Shown: piece after piece, positions 7,884 to 15,167 of the stretch
How positions within the stretch are numbered: position 1 is the first letter of the stretch
Layout of the letters: the number at the start of each line of letters is the position of its first letter
Origin: Fidelibacterota bacterium
GTDB lineage: Bacteria > Pseudomonadota > Alphaproteobacteria > Rhodospirillales > Rhodospirillaceae
Assembly: GCA_947473445.1 (NCBI GenBank)
Contig: CANJEU010000001.1
Coordinates: forward strand, 1 to 32,033
DNA: 32,033 bases
Direction of reading: 5' to 3'
The notes under the pieces: model-generated
Databases searched by the model: none
What the model saw: the letters and a program-made list of their open reading frames with translations, nothing else
What the model was told of the DNA's origin: nothing
Program-made: the position numbers and the translations under genes

Positions 7884-10601
7884 TTAGCAGGCCGGAGTCG
7901 GCGACCCGAGACCACAGGTCCAACCCTGCCACCAGGTGGCGTTCGCATCGCGAACGGCGCCGATGTAGGTGGTGGCTGTGAAGAAGGCGTTGACCGTTGC
8001 CGGGTTCAAGGCGGTGCGACCGTTCTCGGTCGGACCGTTAACGAACGTGTTCGTGAGGGTCGTTGTGAGTTGCGAGGCGTTGTTGGTGCCGGCGTTGAAG
8101 ATCGTCTCCACCTGAGGTGCCGTAACGTTCGTATCGACGGTGAACGCGATGGGACAGTTGAAGATCACCGAGTCATATCGCAGGCCCGACTGAAGCGTGG
8201 AGTTGTCGTCGATGTCGAAGCACTGCGGCGAGCCCGTAGCGATACCGTTGATCATGCGGCCGCCGACGCCGACGCGCTGCAGGATATTGGCGGTGTGCGG
8301 CGCATTGGGCTGACCGATGAACGTGAAGTTCGCGACGTTCGGCGCGGTCAGCGGGACCTTGGTGTTGTCGGTGGGCAGATTGTCGGCTTCCACGATGTGG
8401 TCGCCTTCATCGGTTGCCTGCACGACAAGCGCGTACTGGATGTTGCCGCGGTAACCGGACGCCCAGTCGAGGGAGTCGTCCGACGCCCCGGTAATGACGA
8501 CGTGCTTGAGGTTCACCGTGCCGCCGAACCATTCGATGCCGTCATCGGAGCTGTTGTGGCTCTGGATGTAGTCGATCTCGGTGGCCGAGCCGACGCCCGC
8601 GAGCGTCAGGTTTTGCAGTTCGTTCGCCGGGGTGATTTCCACGCCGCCGTGTTTGATCTGCAGGTAGTTGATACGGCCCGAGGAGTCATTGGCGAGAGCG
8701 CCGCCGAAGAATGCCGTGGTGCCTTCGACCTGGGCTTCGCAGTTAGCTAAGCCGCCGGTGCCCGGGCAGGAGTTGATCGGTGCCCGGCCCAGGATCACGA
8801 GACCACCCCACAAACCGCGTGCCGAAGCCGCGGCCGTGTTGTTGACGTCTTGCAGCGCCGTGATGATGACCGGGTTGGTGCGCGTGCCGTTGGCGAAGAT
8901 CTTGGAACCACGGTTGACGACCATAAAGTCCGTGGTGCCTGAGCCGAAGATGGTCACGCCGGCGTCGATGGTCAGGTTGGCGGGATCGCCGCCCACCTTG
9001 GCGCCGTCGCCGCCAACGTCCACGCCGATGTCGACGCGGCCGCCCAGCTGATAGACGTTGCCGGCCGTGAGGCGCAGGTCGTCCTTATACACACCGCGGA
9101 TTTCGCAGCGGTTCTGGCCGTTGAGCGAGCCGATGTTAGTGGTGCCGGTCGGGCAGGACGGCGGCGCGAACACGCCGAAGGTCCAGCCGAAGGCCCAGTT
9201 GCTCGACGCCGTTTCGGTCGGTGCGAAGGCGCCGACATACTGCGCGCCGTCGAAGAAGCCGCTGGCCGTCGCCGGGTTCTGCGCGGTCATGCCCTGTTCG
9301 GACGGACCGGGGAAGTAGGATGAAACCAGCGAGCTGCCGCCGATGCGGTTGTTGGTGTTGCCGGCCGCAGTGAAGGCAGCCTCGACCTGGGCCGCGGTGA
9401 CGTTGGTGTCGACGGTGTAGGTGACCGGGCAGTCGAGGAGAACGGAGCGATAGACGTGGGGTGACTGCAGGGTCGAGGTGTCGTCGATGTCGAGACATTG
9501 CGGAGAGCCGGTGACAAGACCGTTCAGGTAGGTGCCGCCGACGCCTACGCGCTCGAGAATTGCGGCGGTGTGCGGCGCATTGGGCTGACCAATGAACGTG
9601 AAGTTCGAGAGAATCGGGTTGGTCAGCGGAGTCTTGAGGTTGTCCGTCGGCAGGTTGTCGAGCTCAAGGATATGATCGCCTTCGTCCACCGCCTGGACGA
9701 CAAGCGCGTATTGGAACTTGCCGTTCCAACCGGCCGACCAGTCGAGCGAGTCGTCCGAAGCGCCGGTGACAACGATGTGCTTAAGATTCACCGTGCCGCC
9801 GAACCACTCAATACCGTCGTCCGAGCTATTGTGGCTCTGGACATAGTCGATCACGGTGCCGGCGCCCACGCCCGCAAGCGTCAGGTTCTGCAATTCGTTG
9901 TTCGGGGTGATTTCGATCCCGCCGTGCTTGATCTGCACATAACGCAGGGTGCCCGAGCTATCATTGGCTTGATCGCCGCCGAAGAAGGCGGTCGTACCTT
10001 CGACCTGCGCTTCGCAGGTCACGACGCCGCCCGGACCGGGGCAGGAATTGATCGGGGCGCGGCCCAGCAGGACAACGCCGCCCCACTGACTGCGAGAGGT
10101 CGCCGTAGCCTGACCAAGGATATCCTGGCGACTGGTGAAGACGATGGGGAGTGTCGCCGTACCGTCGGCGATCAGCTTCGAGCCGCGGTTGACGACCATA
10201 AAGTCCGTGGTGCCGGCGCCGAAGATACGCACGCCTGGCTGAATGGTAAGGGTGATGCTCTGACCGCCGGCACGGTTGCCGGCTGCGCCGACGTCGGTCC
10301 CGACATCGACACGTCCCTTAAGCTGGTAGATCACCCCGGAGGTGAGAGTCAGGCTGCTCGTGAGCGTACCGGAGATGCCGCAGGTCGTGTTGTTGCCGAC
10401 GGTGGGTTCTACCGTCGTGCCCGCTGGGCATGTTCCGGTCTGACCGCCGCCGCCGCCGCCGCCGCCAGTGCCCCCGCCGGTGCCGCCGTTATCGACTTGG
10501 TTGGTTTCACCCGGCGAGGTGACTTCCGCGTCGCTGCAGGCAACAAGCATGGTGCCCATCAATAGGGCGAGCGTAAGTTTTTTCAGTTTTGATTGGAGCA
10601 T
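7884..10601 (-). CDS. Large exported lipoprotein of unknown function, built from two tandem ~425-aa Cys-rich repeats
   Basis: The ORF track gives 7884..10691. I prefer the ATG at 10601 (MLQSKLKKLTLALLMGTMLVAC|SD): SD gaggggatcATG, n-region, hydrophobic core and lipobox L-V-A-C. A poly-Gly/Thr linker is followed by two homologous halves. No family recognised by me. Confidence 0.8.
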   Translation of the reverse strand: MLQSKLKKLTLALLMGTMLVACSDAEVTSPGETNQVDNGGTGGGTGGGGGGGGQTGTCPAGTTVEPTVGNNTTCGISGTLTSSLTLTSGVIYQLKGRVDVGTDVGAAGNRAGGQSITLTIQPGVRIFGAGTTDFMVVNRGSKLIADGTATLPIVFTSRQDILGQATATSRSQWGGVVLLGRAPINSCPGPGGVVTCEAQVEGTTAFFGGDQANDSSGTLRYVQIKHGGIEITPNNELQNLTLAGVGAGTVIDYVQSHNSSDDGIEWFGGTVNLKHIVVTGASDDSLDWSAGWNGKFQYALVVQAVDEGDHILELDNLPTDNLKTPLTNPILSNFTFIGQPNAPHTAAILERVGVGGTYLNGLVTGSPQCLDIDDTSTLQSPHVYRSVLLDCPVTYTVDTNVTAAQVEAAFTAAGNTNNRIGGSSLVSSYFPGPSEQGMTAQNPATASGFFDGAQYVGAFAPTETASSNWAFGWTFGVFAPPSCPTGTTNIGSLNGQNRCEIRGVYKDDLRLTAGNVYQLGGRVDIGVDVGGDGAKVGGDPANLTIDAGVTIFGSGTTDFMVVNRGSKIFANGTRTNPVIITALQDVNNTAAASARGLWGGLVILGRAPINSCPGTGGLANCEAQVEGTTAFFGGALANDSSGRINYLQIKHGGVEITPANELQNLTLAGVGSATEIDYIQSHNSSDDGIEWFGGTVNLKHVVITGASDDSLDWASGYRGNIQYALVVQATDEGDHIVEADNLPTDNTKVPLTAPNVANFTFIGQPNAPHTANILQRVGVGGRMINGIATGSPQCFDIDDNSTLQSGLRYDSVIFNCPIAFTVDTNVTAPQVETIFNAGTNNASQLTTTLTNTFVNGPTENGRTALNPATVNAFFTATTYIGAVRDANATWWQGWTCGLGSPTPAC
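7887..10433 (-). repeat. Intragenic tandem duplication (two copies: 9159..10433 and 7887..9158)
   Basis: Protein halves align end to end (e.g. RAPINSCPG.GG...CEAQVEGTTAFFGG..ANDSSG...Y.QIKHGG.EITP.NELQNLTLAGVG; HNSSDDGIEWFGGTVNLKH.V.TGASDDSLDW; NFTFIGQPNAPHTA.IL.RVGVGG). They are roughly two-thirds identical by eye. The DNA still shows a 20-nt identity, ttcaccgtgccgccgaacca, at 8512-8531 and 9787-9806 (offset 1275 bp = 425 codons). Confidence 0.9.
10446..10466 (-). repeat. (GCC)7 trinucleotide tract encoding the poly-Gly linker of the lipoprotein
   Basis: Seven consecutive gcc triplets on the + strand (GGC Gly codons on the coding strand), preceded by acc (GGT). Together these are residues G76-G83 of the 935-aa ORF. 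Confidence 0.85.
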
Positions 10602-11025
10602 GATCCCCTCACGTTGATGACTGGCGGTCCGATTGCGTCGTGGCGTTGCAACCTGCGCAGGCGGGCTTGAGGGGGGGTATATCGGCTGCACGGCGACTCA
10701 TCGGTGTCAGTCTCGTGACGAATAAATGACAATCACCGGCGGTCGAGTCAGAAGGGGCGCGCAATGTCTCACGCGCGGCGCGGTGAATGTAATGTGGGAG
10801 GCCGGACCCGAGGTATGTGACACGCAGGAGCCGCGCGGGGCGGATGTGGCGCGTCGCACCGGTCACGCACTTGCCATTTAAAAATGGGCTCAAGTACGAT
10901 TTTCCCGCGCGCAAAATCGGCGCCAAATGTCATGAAAATTTCACATCCACGTCATCATATTTTAATTGTGCGCATACGGGCATGGCCTCACACTCCCCCC
11001 CACGTCATGAAATGTGGAGGGTTAA

Positions 11026-11391
11026 ATGAAGACTGTTTCCGTACTGTGTGTCGGTGCCGCGATGATGTTCGGCGCGATGGGATCGGCCCAGGCTGATGCG
11101 ACGAGCCAATCCGAAGGCCTCGCCTTTGAAGCGATCGCGCAAGGCAATTGGACCGCGGCGGAAGCCGAACTTCGTGCCGGTCTGGCACAAACCCCGGCGG
11201 ATCCGATGAAGCTTCTGAACCTCGCTTACGTCCTGCAGAAATCCGGACGCGGCGATGAGGCTGCCGGTATTTATGGTCAGGTTCTCACCCTCGACCGCGA
11301 TCCGCTGGTCGCCATAGGCTCCGAATCCAATACCCGTCCGATGCGCGCGAAGCTTCTGGCCAAGAAAGGCATGGCTTCGCTGGACAAATAA
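11026..11391 (+). CDS. Small exported TPR-like protein
   Basis: 121 aa. SD ggagggttaaATG, signal peptide MKTVSVLCVGAAMMFGAMGSAQA|D, one TPR-like helix pair (AIAQGNWTAAEAELRAGLAQTPADPMKLLNLAYVLQKSGRGDEAAGIYGQVL). Followed by an intrinsic terminator. Confidence 0.7.
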   Translation: MKTVSVLCVGAAMMFGAMGSAQADATSQSEGLAFEAIAQGNWTAAEAELRAGLAQTPADPMKLLNLAYVLQKSGRGDEAAGIYGQVLTLDRDPLVAIGSESNTRPMRAKLLAKKGMASLDK

Positions 11392-11418
11392 CGTCCTCGG
11401 GCACTGCTGAAAATCAAA

Positions 11419-11449
11419 CGGCGCCGATGACTCGGCGCCGTTTTTTTTT
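11419..11449. terminator. Bidirectional rho-independent terminator between convergent genes
   Basis: Perfect 9-bp stem cggcgccga (11419-11427) / tcggcgccg (11432-11440), loop tgac, then T9 (11441-11449). An A-rich stretch upstream allows use from the other strand. Confidence 0.85.
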
Positions 11450-11477
11450 ATGTGAAATAGAGCCGGAAGCCCTTGCT

Positions 11478-11957
11478 TTATGGGCCGTCCGCCACGCGGG
11501 GCAGGCCCCTGAGCGAGACGCGGCCATAGGCGCTCGGCGCCGCCGCGTTTTGGGCCGCGGGGCGCTCGCCAGGCGCAGCCAGCACCGCCAGTGCCGCGCC
11601 GATATTTTCCTGATGGCGCAAGAGGATGGGGCGCAGGCGCGCATCCATCAATTCGCGCATTTCGCCGCTCGGCGAGGCTTCGATGAGGCCTTCAACCGTC
11701 ATCGCGGCAAAATGGCTGAGATCTTCAAGAGCGTCGCGACGCGCATCGGTCGACGGCGCATTGCTGGCGGCCATGAAGCGGGCACGCAGTAGCATATCGA
11801 TCTGATCGGCCAGCGCGGGAGCGACGACGGGCGCAGGCGTGCTGCGCGCGGTCACGGACGCGGCAGAGTCTCCGCGGGCCCAGCCCTCTGTTGCCGGCAG
11901 GCAGAGCAGAAGGGTCGCAACGATGCAGCGGAACGTAGGAAAAGCGTGGGTGTACAT
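11478..11957 (-). CDS. Exported hypothetical protein (159 aa)
   Basis: SD gaggaaaaaaggccctcATG, signal-like N-terminus MYTHAFPTFRCIVATLLLCLPATEGWA. Strong GC3 bias in this frame compared with the overlapping alternatives (11427..11792 +, 11414..11644 -). No family recognised. Confidence 0.6.
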   Translation of the reverse strand: MYTHAFPTFRCIVATLLLCLPATEGWARGDSAASVTARSTPAPVVAPALADQIDMLLRARFMAASNAPSTDARRDALEDLSHFAAMTVEGLIEASPSGEMRELMDARLRPILLRHQENIGAALAVLAAPGERPAAQNAAAPSAYGRVSLRGLPRVADGP

Positions 11958-12190
11958 GAGGGCCTTTTTTCCTCAATGCGCCTCACTCTACAAGCCCCGC
12001 ACCCCTATTCTTCACCGAACTGTCACGAAACGGTTATGAAGATCGCGACCGGCTCCGCCCGGCGGCTCGGTCGGAAAAGCTTCTGGATTCATTGGTTTAT
12101 AGAAAGACCTCAACGCGGCGCTGAGAATAAGAAGCAGCCCCATTCATGGAGGATATAACTTTCATCTAATGATCATAATAGTGTCGCGGA

Positions 12191-12200
12191 CCTGACGATA
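12191..12200. repeat. Left copy of the 10-bp direct repeat CCTGACGATA flanking the low-GC cassette
   Basis: cctgacgata at 12191-12200, 12 nt upstream of the ATG at 12213. An identical copy sits at 15061-15070. Downstream context is also related (..acggcggcgac versus ..gcgac). Confidence 0.6.
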
Positions 12201-12212
12201 ACGGCGGCGACA

Positions 12213-13238
12213 ATGCGCGCCATGAAGGGCTGGATCGCCATCGTCGCGTTGGAAGAGTCTGTTGGGGCGAGCTATCGCCCAACATCAGGCTACAGCTTTG
12301 GCGACCATACGCCCCATCACCGCCACGTCGCAGTGAACGACCTTTTCTTTATCCGCAGCCAGACGCAGCTGCTGGCGATTGCCCGCGTGCAACGTATTGA
12401 GGCCGGCGCGGCGGAAAAACCGGTGCAGCGATGCCCAACCTGCGGCACCGGACAATTGGGCTTTCGTTCGACCCGCACCAACAGCTACCGCTGTCTCTAC
12501 GGACACGAATTCTCGCAGCCCGCGGCCAGCGTCCGCAGCGGAACGGAATATAAGGCGTACTTTGGTCTCGACTACGTAGAGGTCTCGGCGCGCATCGAAG
12601 CGACCGAACTGCGTCCGTTCGAATTGACGAATAGTCGTCAACTGTCGCTGCGGCCGTGCGAAATCGACGGGCTTATTCGATATATCGTCCGCCGCGACCG
12701 CAACGCCGAAGCGGTGTTGAAGGGGTGGCTGGCCGAACGGTCGCTGCGGTTGACCGACGACGACGCCGACATCGCCGAGCCAGGGGATGTGCTGGACGAG
12801 CGCGAGCATCGCCATCTTGGAATCAAGATGCGTCGCGGCCGGAAAACCTTCCGCGATGAATTGGTTCGCCGCTATGGCGCGCGCTGCATGATCTCAGGCT
12901 GTACTGTTGCCGCGCTGATTGAAGCCGCGTGCATCCAGCCCGAAGCCGTACCGAAATTCAACAATCCGACGAATGGGCTGCTCTTGCGCAGCGACCTGCA
13001 CACCTTATTCGATCTCAATCTGCTTGGAATTGATCCGGCGCGGCTGACCATCGCGATTCATCCCGATCTTATGGACGGTGATTATAAATCGTTCGATGGA
13101 GTCGCACTGCAGGTGACGAACGGCCGCGGCCCCAACCGGCGCGCCCTGGCCGCGCGTTGGGACTATTATCAGGCCGGTCTGTCAAAGGCCGTTACCCCGA
13201 TCCCCCATCGGGATGGTGCGGCCGCAACCGCCCCTTAG
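12213..13238 (+). CDS. HNH_2-family nuclease-like protein with an N-terminal domain carrying a zinc ribbon; catalytic His replaced by Cys
   Basis: 341 aa. The C-terminal region RKTFRDELVRRYGARCMISGCTVAALIEAACIQP...NPTNGLLLRSDLHTLFDLNLLGIDP follows the HNH_2 (PF13391-type) pattern FR..v...Y...C..tG......leAAHI.P......NGl.L...lH..FD. The exception is that AAHI reads AACI (TGC at 12930-12932). The N-terminal ~170 aa carries CPTCG-x15-C-x3-H. Alternative start ATG 12222. Confidence 0.75.
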   Translation: MRAMKGWIAIVALEESVGASYRPTSGYSFGDHTPHHRHVAVNDLFFIRSQTQLLAIARVQRIEAGAAEKPVQRCPTCGTGQLGFRSTRTNSYRCLYGHEFSQPAASVRSGTEYKAYFGLDYVEVSARIEATELRPFELTNSRQLSLRPCEIDGLIRYIVRRDRNAEAVLKGWLAERSLRLTDDDADIAEPGDVLDEREHRHLGIKMRRGRKTFRDELVRRYGARCMISGCTVAALIEAACIQPEAVPKFNNPTNGLLLRSDLHTLFDLNLLGIDPARLTIAIHPDLMDGDYKSFDGVALQVTNGRGPNRRALAARWDYYQAGLSKAVTPIPHRDGAAATAP

Positions 13239-15055
13239 ATTTCGACGCTGATCACGCGTTCGGGTGAGTCTTTAGCGGCCTTCTTGCCGCTCGCGATCAG
13301 CGAACTCAGCATGTCAAGGTTTGGCAGGCTCCTGTCCGCGGGCTTGTGAATCACCGCACCGCTTGTGGTGAGGAGCGGAAAACGCTCCGCGCGCCCTGCG
13401 CGCGATATACCGCTGATATAACCGTTTCGGCGGTCCTCGGGTGAGTAAAGACTTTCCACGTCAGTCTTGAATTTATCTACAGCTTGGCGAACCTCCAACA
13501 TAACAACGGCTTGCGGAATATTTCGGAAGCCGATGAAGAAGTCGTCACCGCCGACATGACCGACGAATCGCCCTTCCCTGCCGAAGAACGCGCGCAGGAT
13601 ATCGGCGAACATCAAAATCGCGCGGTCGCCGGTTCGAAAGCCATAAGTATCATTGAACGGTTTAAAAAAGTCGAAGTCGAGATAGGCAAAGTGATACGCA
13701 TCGTCCTGCGACACTGCAGCGGCGGCGAGATATTCCTGGATGAGGATGTTGCCCGGCAGCTTGCTGAGAGGGTTCTGATCGCGGGCAATCTGGATGCTTT
13801 TTTTATTCAGAATCCTGAGCAGCGAACGGGCGTGCAAGAAACCGCCATACTGGCTTTCCTTGACGATGAGCACACCATCTGACTCCGGAACGGAGTTGAA
13901 TATCTCGAGTATCTTCTCTGTCGAAGCATTGATATTGGCGACCGAGCAAGGTTTGACGAAGGTCGCAAGTGAAGACGCCATGCGGCGGCGATTGCGCAAC
14001 AGATCGCGCCCGTACATGGAATAGACGATCGCCTTAAGGTCGCGCTCGTGGATGCGACCGACCGGAAAGCCGATGTCGTCGACCACCGGAAAGAAGATCC
14101 GCTCGCGGTCCGTCATGAACCGGTCGAACACTTCCTGAATGCTTTGATTTATTTGGATCGGCTCGACCGCATCAAGCTGCGCCATGATCAGCGTAAAGTC
14201 AGTGTCGACGCGCCGGCGATCCTGAATGCGCATATTGCCGATGCGATCGTAGCTCAGCTGAAGTTCACCCAGAGCAAGTGTCGGCCGCGCCACAGCGTAG
14301 CCTTGCACCAAGTCGCACCCCAGTTCGCGGCAGACATAATATTCCTGCGCCGTTTCGACGCCCTCGGCCACGACGAGACTGCCCAGCAGATGCGCCATGC
14401 GCACGATGTGCTGAAGGAAGACGCTTTTCTTGGGGTCCGAACCTATGGACGAGATGATGAAGCGGTCGAGTTTTACGATGGAGGGTTCGACATGATAGAA
14501 AAGCTGAAGATTCGCGTGGCCCGCCCCGAAGTCGTCGAGCGTCAGGTTTCCAAATCGCGTTCTCAGTTCGAGAAGCGCGGCCAGCGCATCGGGCGAATCG
14601 CTAAAGTCGTAACGCTCTGAGATTTCTAGGGCGATGTTGGCGTTACTGAGACCATAGCGGTCACGTAAGGCGCCAAGCATCGGCCCCATCTGACCGACCG
14701 CAACATTACGGCCATCCAAATTCACAAAAAGTTTGAGTTTAGCGTGGTCGGGAATGCGCACGAATTTATCGAACGCCTGCGTCAGGATGAACTCCTCGAC
14801 GGCGGCGAGGTGTCCGTCCTCAAAGCACCTGTCGAAGAAGTCCGTTGGCGACTCGAAGCCCAACGCCTGGACGTTGCGGGTCAGGGCCTCAAAGCCGAAG
14901 ACGCGGCCGGTATGGATATCGACGATGGGCTGGAAGGCGACATCCAGCAAGCCCCACCGTACCGCCGCGGCTAAGTCGGAATGGCCTGTCCCATTACCGG
15001 GGCGGAACGGAACAACTGCGGATTTTTTCATGTGACGCCCGGCTGAATTCTTCAT
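13235..15055 (-). CDS. EAL phosphodiesterase - CBS pair - GGDEF-like (GGDDF) signalling protein
   Basis: 606 aa. EAL signature complete (FQPIVD..GFEALTR, FVNLDG, ALEISER, LDDFGAGHANL, VKLDRF, VAEGVET, VQGY). Central CBS pair. C-terminal GGDEF fold (NPLSKLPGN, YLDFDFFKPFNDTYGFRTGD, GHVGGDDFF encoded at 13535-13552). Alternative start at 15031. Confidence 0.9.
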   Translation of the reverse strand: MKNSAGRHMKKSAVVPFRPGNGTGHSDLAAAVRWGLLDVAFQPIVDIHTGRVFGFEALTRNVQALGFESPTDFFDRCFEDGHLAAVEEFILTQAFDKFVRIPDHAKLKLFVNLDGRNVAVGQMGPMLGALRDRYGLSNANIALEISERYDFSDSPDALAALLELRTRFGNLTLDDFGAGHANLQLFYHVEPSIVKLDRFIISSIGSDPKKSVFLQHIVRMAHLLGSLVVAEGVETAQEYYVCRELGCDLVQGYAVARPTLALGELQLSYDRIGNMRIQDRRRVDTDFTLIMAQLDAVEPIQINQSIQEVFDRFMTDRERIFFPVVDDIGFPVGRIHERDLKAIVYSMYGRDLLRNRRRMASSLATFVKPCSVANINASTEKILEIFNSVPESDGVLIVKESQYGGFLHARSLLRILNKKSIQIARDQNPLSKLPGNILIQEYLAAAAVSQDDAYHFAYLDFDFFKPFNDTYGFRTGDRAILMFADILRAFFGREGRFVGHVGGDDFFIGFRNIPQAVVMLEVRQAVDKFKTDVESLYSPEDRRNGYISGISRAGRAERFPLLTTSGAVIHKPADRSLPNLDMLSSLIASGKKAAKDSPERVISVEI

Positions 15056-15060
15056 CCTAG

Positions 15061-15070
15061 CCTGACGATA
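15061..15070. repeat. Right copy of the 10-bp direct repeat CCTGACGATA
   Basis: cctgacgata at 15061-15070, 6 nt beyond the ATG (15055) of the EAL-CBS-GGDEF gene. Same orientation as the copy at 12191-12200. Confidence 0.6.
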
Positions 15071-15167
15071 GCGACCCGAACTCCGGATGCAACTATCAGA
15101 CGTTCATATTTAGTTAATTTCAAGAAAGAGTCGCGGAGATTGGCCCCCGCTTCGTCTTGGAAGTGTC

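Noticed and set aside
10602-10691. N-terminal extensions of tracked ORFs (lipoprotein 10602-10691; Tat protein 21264-21455; exported protein 25445-25531; FadB-like 27652-27669)
   Set aside because: In each case an internal start has a proper SD and yields a canonical signal peptide or a family-typical N-terminus. The extensions are Pro/Arg-rich and lack coding character.
10926-10946. CRP/FNR-like inverted repeat aaaTGTCA-tgaaaatt-TCACAtcc in the divergent lipoprotein/TPR promoter region
   Set aside because: The half-sites are separated by 8 nt instead of the 6 nt required by the TGTGA-N6-TCACA consensus. Only the inner 5-bp arms TGAAA/TTTCA are truly palindromic.
10947-11008. Recurrent CCACGTCAT (10947-10955, 11000-11008), and related tandem gtgacgtgac (7801-7810) upstream of TBDR-1, as a possible shared operator
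   Set aside because: The core TGACGTG also occurs inside coding sequence (e.g. in paaZ near 29110). It is short, and its orientation relative to the genes is inconsistent. There is not enough evidence without a genome-wide motif test.
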